Shown: positions 24,610-29,115 of the stretch, piece by piece
Layout: each line of letters begins with the position of its first letter
Position numbering within the stretch: the stretch's first letter is position 1
IMG/VR virus record: IMGVR_UViG_3300017752_004479
Location: 1 to 29,115 of that record
From: a virus
Lineage: Duplodnaviria; Caudoviricetes
Direction: 5' to 3' (one strand)
DNA: 29,115 bases
Position numbers and translations under genes: made by a program
The notes under the pieces: model-generated
The model's input: only the letters and a program-made list of their open reading frames with translations
The model's database searches: none
What the model was told of the DNA's origin: nothing

Positions 24610-26973
24610 ATGGCAGAAACATTAATATCCCCAGGTGTATTATCCTCAGAAAATGATCAATCCTTTGTTACCTTAAGACCCCAAGATAGAGGAGCAGCGA
24701 TTATAGGACCAACAGTTTTAGGCCCAGTAGAAAAACCTACTTTAGTTGGGTCGTTTAGTGCTTATCAGGCAATTTTTGGTGGTGCTTTAGAAAGTGGTTC
24801 TAATGAATACACTTATCTTACCTCAATAGCGGCTAATAATTACTTTCAGAACGGTGGAACATCTTTATTAGTAACTCGTGTAGTTTCAGGTTCATTTACC
24901 TCAGCAACAAGTTCATTTGTAAATTCAGTAGATGGTGAACCTTTATTAATTGGTGCGGATGCTGCATTATTTGCTAATGGAGTATTTGCAGGGTCAAATT
25001 TTACTGGATCAGTTGATGGAGGAACATCTTACAGAATCACTAGTGCAGTATTTACAACAAATGGTAGTGGAACCGGAGGTGTAATTAATTTAGATATTGA
25101 TACAGGAGTTCCTAATGGGGTAGGTGTAACTACAGCGGGAACAGGGTATGAAGTAGGAGATACATTAACATTTTCTACAAATGATAATTATGGTTCACCA
25201 TTAATTTCAACTTCAATTCTTAATGCTGTTACAATAAACACCTTTAATACAAATACAGATCCATCTACTACTTTTGATGGAACTTATAGATTTCAAAGTG
25301 GTAGTACTGCTGCTACAGATTTAATAGTAAGTAATGGAGGTACTGCAACAGGAGTAGAACTTGAGGTAACTATTTTAAATGGAGCAATTACTAATGTAGT
25401 ACCATATGTTGCTGGATCTGGTGAAGGTGAAGGATCAATAGTAGGTACAACATTTGAAATTTCAGAAGATGCTATAAATGCTCAAACTGGAGACGCAAAC
25501 GGAACAGGTAAGCTTACATTAGTGATTACAGAAGCTGAACTAAGCGCAGGAACTTTTACAATAACTTTAGAAGCAGAAAATCTAGAATCTTCACTATCAT
25601 CATTGGAGTTAGAAACAATTTCTGAAGGAGAAGTAATGAATACTGGAACAAGCGAATTATCAAATGGAGCTTTAGCTAGTGGGTCTGCTCAAAATTTAAG
25701 GTGGGAAATTACATCAGCTAATACATCATCAGGAGTATTTTCACTTGCAGTAAGAAGAGGAGATGATACTAATAATAATAAAATAATTTTAGAAACTTTT
25801 AATAATATTTCATTAGATCCCTTTGCCCCAAATTATATTTCAAAAGCAATTGGTGATATTTCAACCCAATTAGTAACAGAAGGAGTTGATACATTTTTAC
25901 AAGAAAGTGGTTCTTTTCCTCAAATATCAAACTATGTAAGAGTTAAATCTGTAAGAAAAACTCCATATTATTTTAATAATGATGGATCAGCAAAAGATCA
26001 ATTTACAGGTAGCCTACCATCAGTATCATCAGGTTCATTTGGTGGTGCTGTAGGATCAAATACTCCAGCTGATAGAGCAGCTAATTTTTACCAAAATATT
26101 AATGATTCAGATACACAAGGATTAAAAGGATTTGATTATAATGATGCAATCTCTTTATTATCAAATAAAGAAAATTATCAATATAACATAATATCTGTTC
26201 CCGGTTTATCGGTTCAATACCAAAATGCCCAAGTTACAAGTATAATAAATAACTCTATTTCTAGAGGTGATAATATAGCTGTAGTAGATTTAGTAGGATA
26301 TAACCAATCTATTAATACAGTAATTAATAAAGCTTCTGGAATAGATAATAGCTATGCTTCTACCTATTGGCCATGGTTACAAACAATTGATCCTAATTCA
26401 GGACAATTAGTGTTTATACCAGCTTCAACATTTATACCAGGGGCATATGTCTTTACAGATAAGTCGGCAGGTTCTTGGTTTGCTCCTGCGGGAAAAATTA
26501 GAGGGAAAATGGGGCAAGTTGTTAGAGCTGAAAGAAAATTATCATCTACAAACAAAGATACTTTGTATGAGGCAAATGTTAATCCTATAACTACTATGCC
26601 TAATAAAGATGTAATTATATATGGACAAAAAACACTACAAAAGGCAGCTTCTGCATTAGACAGAGTAAACGTGCGTAGATTATTGATAATATTAAAAGAT
26701 TACATATCCCAAATATCAGATACTTTAGTATTTGAACAAAATACAATCTCAACACGAAATAATTTTTTAACTCAAGTTAATCCTTATTTAGAAAATATTA
26801 AACAAAAACAGGGACTATATGATTTTAAAGTGATAATGGATGAAACAAATAACACCCCTGATGTTATAGATAGAAACGAGTTAGTAGGACAAATATTTCT
26901 AAAACCAACAAAAACAATTGAATTTGTAATTCTTGATTTTAACATACTACCTACGGGAGCAATTTTTCCTTAA
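24610..26973 (+). CDS. Tail sheath protein paralogue 1 (T4 gp18-like) with ~230-aa insertion
   Basis: LISPGV, YFQNGG, YWPW, WFAPAG, GQKTL, LDRVNVRRLL, VFEQN, DETNNTPDVIDRNEL motifs. Confidence 0.95.
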   Translation: MAETLISPGVLSSENDQSFVTLRPQDRGAAIIGPTVLGPVEKPTLVGSFSAYQAIFGGALESGSNEYTYLTSIAANNYFQNGGTSLLVTRVVSGSFTSATSSFVNSVDGEPLLIGADAALFANGVFAGSNFTGSVDGGTSYRITSAVFTTNGSGTGGVINLDIDTGVPNGVGVTTAGTGYEVGDTLTFSTNDNYGSPLISTSILNAVTINTFNTNTDPSTTFDGTYRFQSGSTAATDLIVSNGGTATGVELEVTILNGAITNVVPYVAGSGEGEGSIVGTTFEISEDAINAQTGDANGTGKLTLVITEAELSAGTFTITLEAENLESSLSSLELETISEGEVMNTGTSELSNGALASGSAQNLRWEITSANTSSGVFSLAVRRGDDTNNNKIILETFNNISLDPFAPNYISKAIGDISTQLVTEGVDTFLQESGSFPQISNYVRVKSVRKTPYYFNNDGSAKDQFTGSLPSVSSGSFGGAVGSNTPADRAANFYQNINDSDTQGLKGFDYNDAISLLSNKENYQYNIISVPGLSVQYQNAQVTSIINNSISRGDNIAVVDLVGYNQSINTVINKASGIDNSYASTYWPWLQTIDPNSGQLVFIPASTFIPGAYVFTDKSAGSWFAPAGKIRGKMGQVVRAERKLSSTNKDTLYEANVNPITTMPNKDVIIYGQKTLQKAASALDRVNVRRLLIILKDYISQISDTLVFEQNTISTRNNFLTQVNPYLENIKQKQGLYDFKVIMDETNNTPDVIDRNELVGQIFLKPTKTIEFVILDFNILPTGAIFP

Positions 26974-27011
26974 ATCTACTTTTACTAAAATAATTTTTGA
27001 AAAAATTTCTA

Positions 27012-27025
27012 ATATTTATAATAAA
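27012..27025 (+). promoter_or_regulatory. Putative phage late promoter ATATTTATAATAAA
   Basis: Exact 14-mer before sheath 2. Confidence 0.7.
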
Positions 27026-27049
27026 ACAATATTAAAATAACAAAATAAA

Positions 27050-28762
27050 ATGGCAGAAACATTAATATCTCCAGGAGTATTAGCAAGAGAAAACGATCAA
27101 TCTTTTGTTACATCCCAACCAGCTGAAAGAGGTGCGGCAATTATAGGCCCAACTGTATTAGGTCCTGTTGAAAGACCTACATTAATTAGTTCATTTAGTT
27201 CTTATCAAGCAATATTTGGTGGGACATTAGAAAGTGGTTCTGGTGAATTTACGTACCTTACTTCTATTGCAGCCAATCAATATTTCCAAAATGGAGGAAC
27301 GTCTTTATTAGTAACTAGAGTAACTTCAGGTTCATTTACCGCAGCAACAAGTTCAGCAATTAATAATTTTGATGCAAATAATGCTTTTGAATTAGAAACT
27401 ATTTCTGAGGGTGAAATAATGAATACTGGAGTTGATGAAATATCAAATGGAGCTTTAGAAACTGGTTCTTCTTATAATGTTAGATGGGAAGTAGCTGCAG
27501 TTAATACATCTTCTGGTGTATTTAGTTTATTAGTTAGAAGAGGTGATGATACTAATAGTAATAAAGTAGTATTAGAATCTTATAATAATATTTCATTAGA
27601 TCCCTTTGCTTCAAATTATATTTCTAGAGCAATTGGTGATATTTCTACTACTTTAGTAACAGAAGGAGCTGATACATTTTTACAAGAAAGTGGTTCTTTT
27701 CCTAATATTTCTAACTATGTAAGAGTTAAAGAAGTTAAAACCCCAACTCCTTACTATTTCAATAATGACGGATCAGCAAAAGACCAATTTACAGGGAGCA
27801 TGCCAATAATTGGTTCTGGTTCTTTTAATGGAGCAGATGGTTCAAATATCCCAACAGGTAGAGTAGCTAATTTTTACCAAAACATTAATGCTACAGATAC
27901 ACAAGGGTTAGTTGGAGATGATTATGATAATGCAATAGCATTATTAGCAAATCAAGATGATTATCAATTCAATGTAATATCAGTACCAGGTTTATCAAAC
28001 CAACACCAAGCATCTCAAATTACTAGTGTAATGAATAACTCAATTTCACGAGGTGATAGTATTGCTGTAATTGATTTAGTTGGATATAACCAACTAATTG
28101 GAACAGTAACAAACCAAGCAGCTGGGATTGATAACAGTTACACAGCTACATATTGGCCTTGGTTACAAACCGTAGATCCAAGTTCAGGTATGTTAGTATA
28201 TATACCAACTTCAACATTTATACCAGGAGTATATGCGTTTACAGATGCTTCAAGTGATCCATGGTTTGCACCAGCAGGTATTACTAGAGGTGGAATGGGA
28301 CAGGTTGTTAGAGCTGAAAGAAAATTAACTTCTACAAATAGAGATACTTTATATGAAGCAAATGTAAACCCAATTGCAACATTCCCATCACAAGGAGTTG
28401 TAGTATTTGGTCAGAAAACATTACAAAAGGCAGCTTCTGCATTAGACAGAGTAAATGTACGTAGATTGTTAATTACACTTAAGAGTTTTATCTCTCAAAT
28501 TGCAGATAATTTAGTATTTGAACAAAATACAATTGCAACAAGACAAAACTTTTTAACACAAGTAAATCCATATTTGGAAAGTGTTCAACAAAGACAAGGA
28601 TTATATGCCTTTAAGGTAGTAATGGATGAAAGCAATAATACACCAGATGTTATAGATAGAAACGAGTTAGTAGGACAAATTTTCTTACAACCAACTAGAA
28701 CAGCTGAATTTATATTACTAGATTTCAATGTATTACCAACTGGAGCAACATTCCCAGCATAA
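27050..28762 (+). CDS. Tail sheath protein paralogue 2 (T4 gp18-like, canonical)
   Basis: Same sheath motifs with canonical PWFAPAGITRG, VNPIATFP, QPTRTAEFI; adjacent to tail tube. Confidence 0.97.
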   Translation: MAETLISPGVLARENDQSFVTSQPAERGAAIIGPTVLGPVERPTLISSFSSYQAIFGGTLESGSGEFTYLTSIAANQYFQNGGTSLLVTRVTSGSFTAATSSAINNFDANNAFELETISEGEIMNTGVDEISNGALETGSSYNVRWEVAAVNTSSGVFSLLVRRGDDTNSNKVVLESYNNISLDPFASNYISRAIGDISTTLVTEGADTFLQESGSFPNISNYVRVKEVKTPTPYYFNNDGSAKDQFTGSMPIIGSGSFNGADGSNIPTGRVANFYQNINATDTQGLVGDDYDNAIALLANQDDYQFNVISVPGLSNQHQASQITSVMNNSISRGDSIAVIDLVGYNQLIGTVTNQAAGIDNSYTATYWPWLQTVDPSSGMLVYIPTSTFIPGVYAFTDASSDPWFAPAGITRGGMGQVVRAERKLTSTNRDTLYEANVNPIATFPSQGVVVFGQKTLQKAASALDRVNVRRLLITLKSFISQIADNLVFEQNTIATRQNFLTQVNPYLESVQQRQGLYAFKVVMDESNNTPDVIDRNELVGQIFLQPTRTAEFILLDFNVLPTGATFPA

Positions 28763-28777
28763 AAACTAAAAAGATAA

Positions 28778-28791
28778 ATATTTATAATAAA
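28778..28791 (+). promoter_or_regulatory. Putative phage late promoter ATATTTATAATAAA
   Basis: Exact 14-mer before the tail tube. Confidence 0.7.
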
Positions 28792-28804
28792 ATAAAAAAA
28801 TAAA

Positions 28805-29115
28805 ATGGCAGTATTAAACCCAAACGAAATATTTTTCACAGCATTTGAACCAAAACAAAAGAATAGATTTATCTGTTTTGTAGATGGATTCCCAGCTTAC
28901 ATTATGAAAGGTGTAGGAGCTGTAACTGTATCACAAGGAACAGTACCTTTGAATCACATTAATGTTCAAAGATTTGTAAAAGGTAAAACAACTTGGGGTA
29001 CTATTCAGTTTACATTATTTGATCCAATCACTCCATCTGGTGCACAATCAGTAATGGAATGGGTTAGATTACACCACGAATCAGTAACTGGTAGAGATGG
29101 TTATAGTGATTTCTA
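28805..29115 (+). CDS. Tail tube protein (T4 gp19-like), 3'-truncated; absent from the supplied ORF track
   Basis: Manual translation MAVLNPNEIFFTAFEPKQKNRFICFVDGFPAYIMK...VKGKTTWGTIQFTLFDPITPSGAQSVMEWVRLHHESVTGRDGYSDF, open to the window end; follows sheath. Confidence 0.9.
   Translation, partial: MAVLNPNEIFFTAFEPKQKNRFICFVDGFPAYIMKGVGAVTVSQGTVPLNHINVQRFVKGKTTWGTIQFTLFDPITPSGAQSVMEWVRLHHESVTGRDGYSDF

Noticed and set aside
24916-25605. Sheath 1 insertion as an intein or intron
   Set aside because: In frame, with no C/S...HN splice motifs or homing-endonuclease motifs; composition is that of a structural beta domain.
24610-28762. Sheath duplication or fibre N-terminal repeat as a DGR template/variable pair
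   Set aside because: Both copies are full coding genes, differences are not adenine-specific, and no reverse transcriptase is in the window.
1753-28791. Repeated ATATTTATAATAAA as CRISPR repeats or a mobile-element end
   Set aside because: Copies are dispersed, one per intergenic gap, with no regular spacers, cas genes or transposase.
2-28839. All minus-strand ORFs in the track (e.g. 2..250, 4468..4722, 8995..9231, 11321..11524, 13226..13555, 15883..16353, 19749..20048, 28585..28839)
   Set aside because: They lie antisense to well-supported plus-strand genes, have shadow-like composition (Ser/Phe/Leu/Pro-rich) and no recognisable motifs.
1-29115. Stop-codon reassignment
   Set aside because: Core genes are full length under the standard bacterial code, with no TAG/TGA interruptions; TGA is used as a stop at 23247 and 23714.
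24610-29115. Bacterial eCIS/tailocin locus, suggested by two sheath genes
   Set aside because: Terminase, portal, protease, scaffold and capsid are present in the same block, so this is a genuine phage.
1-29115. tRNA or rRNA genes
   Set aside because: Intergenic gaps are short and AT-rich with no cloverleaf or T-loop (GTTCGA) context seen.

Overview
AT-rich, all plus-strand virion morphogenesis region of a T4-like (contractile-tailed) dsDNA phage. The host is probably Bacteroidota/Flavobacteriia, inferred from A-rich starts without Shine-Dalgarno, TTTG-N20-TAnnTT promoter-like sites, a signal peptide followed by Gln, and a DUF2061-like gene beside cysC. Gene order: FAD-dependent dehydrogenase (5'-truncated), small genes, an overlapping spanin-like membrane pair, TerL, portal, several Glu-rich putative internal head proteins, prohead protease, scaffold, major capsid, PhoH, fibre proteins, neck/tail-completion proteins, a five-gene cassette (GT9-like glycosyltransferase, sulfotransferase, APS kinase, minimal HxGH nucleotidyltransferase, DUF2061-like), two tandem tail sheath paralogues and the start of the tail tube. 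A repeated ATATTTATAATAAA element precedes most structural genes. Main hypotheses: (1) a phage-encoded PAPS-synthesis and glycan-sulfation system, possibly with a non-canonical minimal ATP sulfurylase; (2) an [S/T]GS tripeptide concentrated in surface regions of virion proteins that may be its acceptor sequon; (3) internal head polyproteins carrying small cargo modules between prohead-protease sites. All family calls come from motif recognition by eye; no database search was run.
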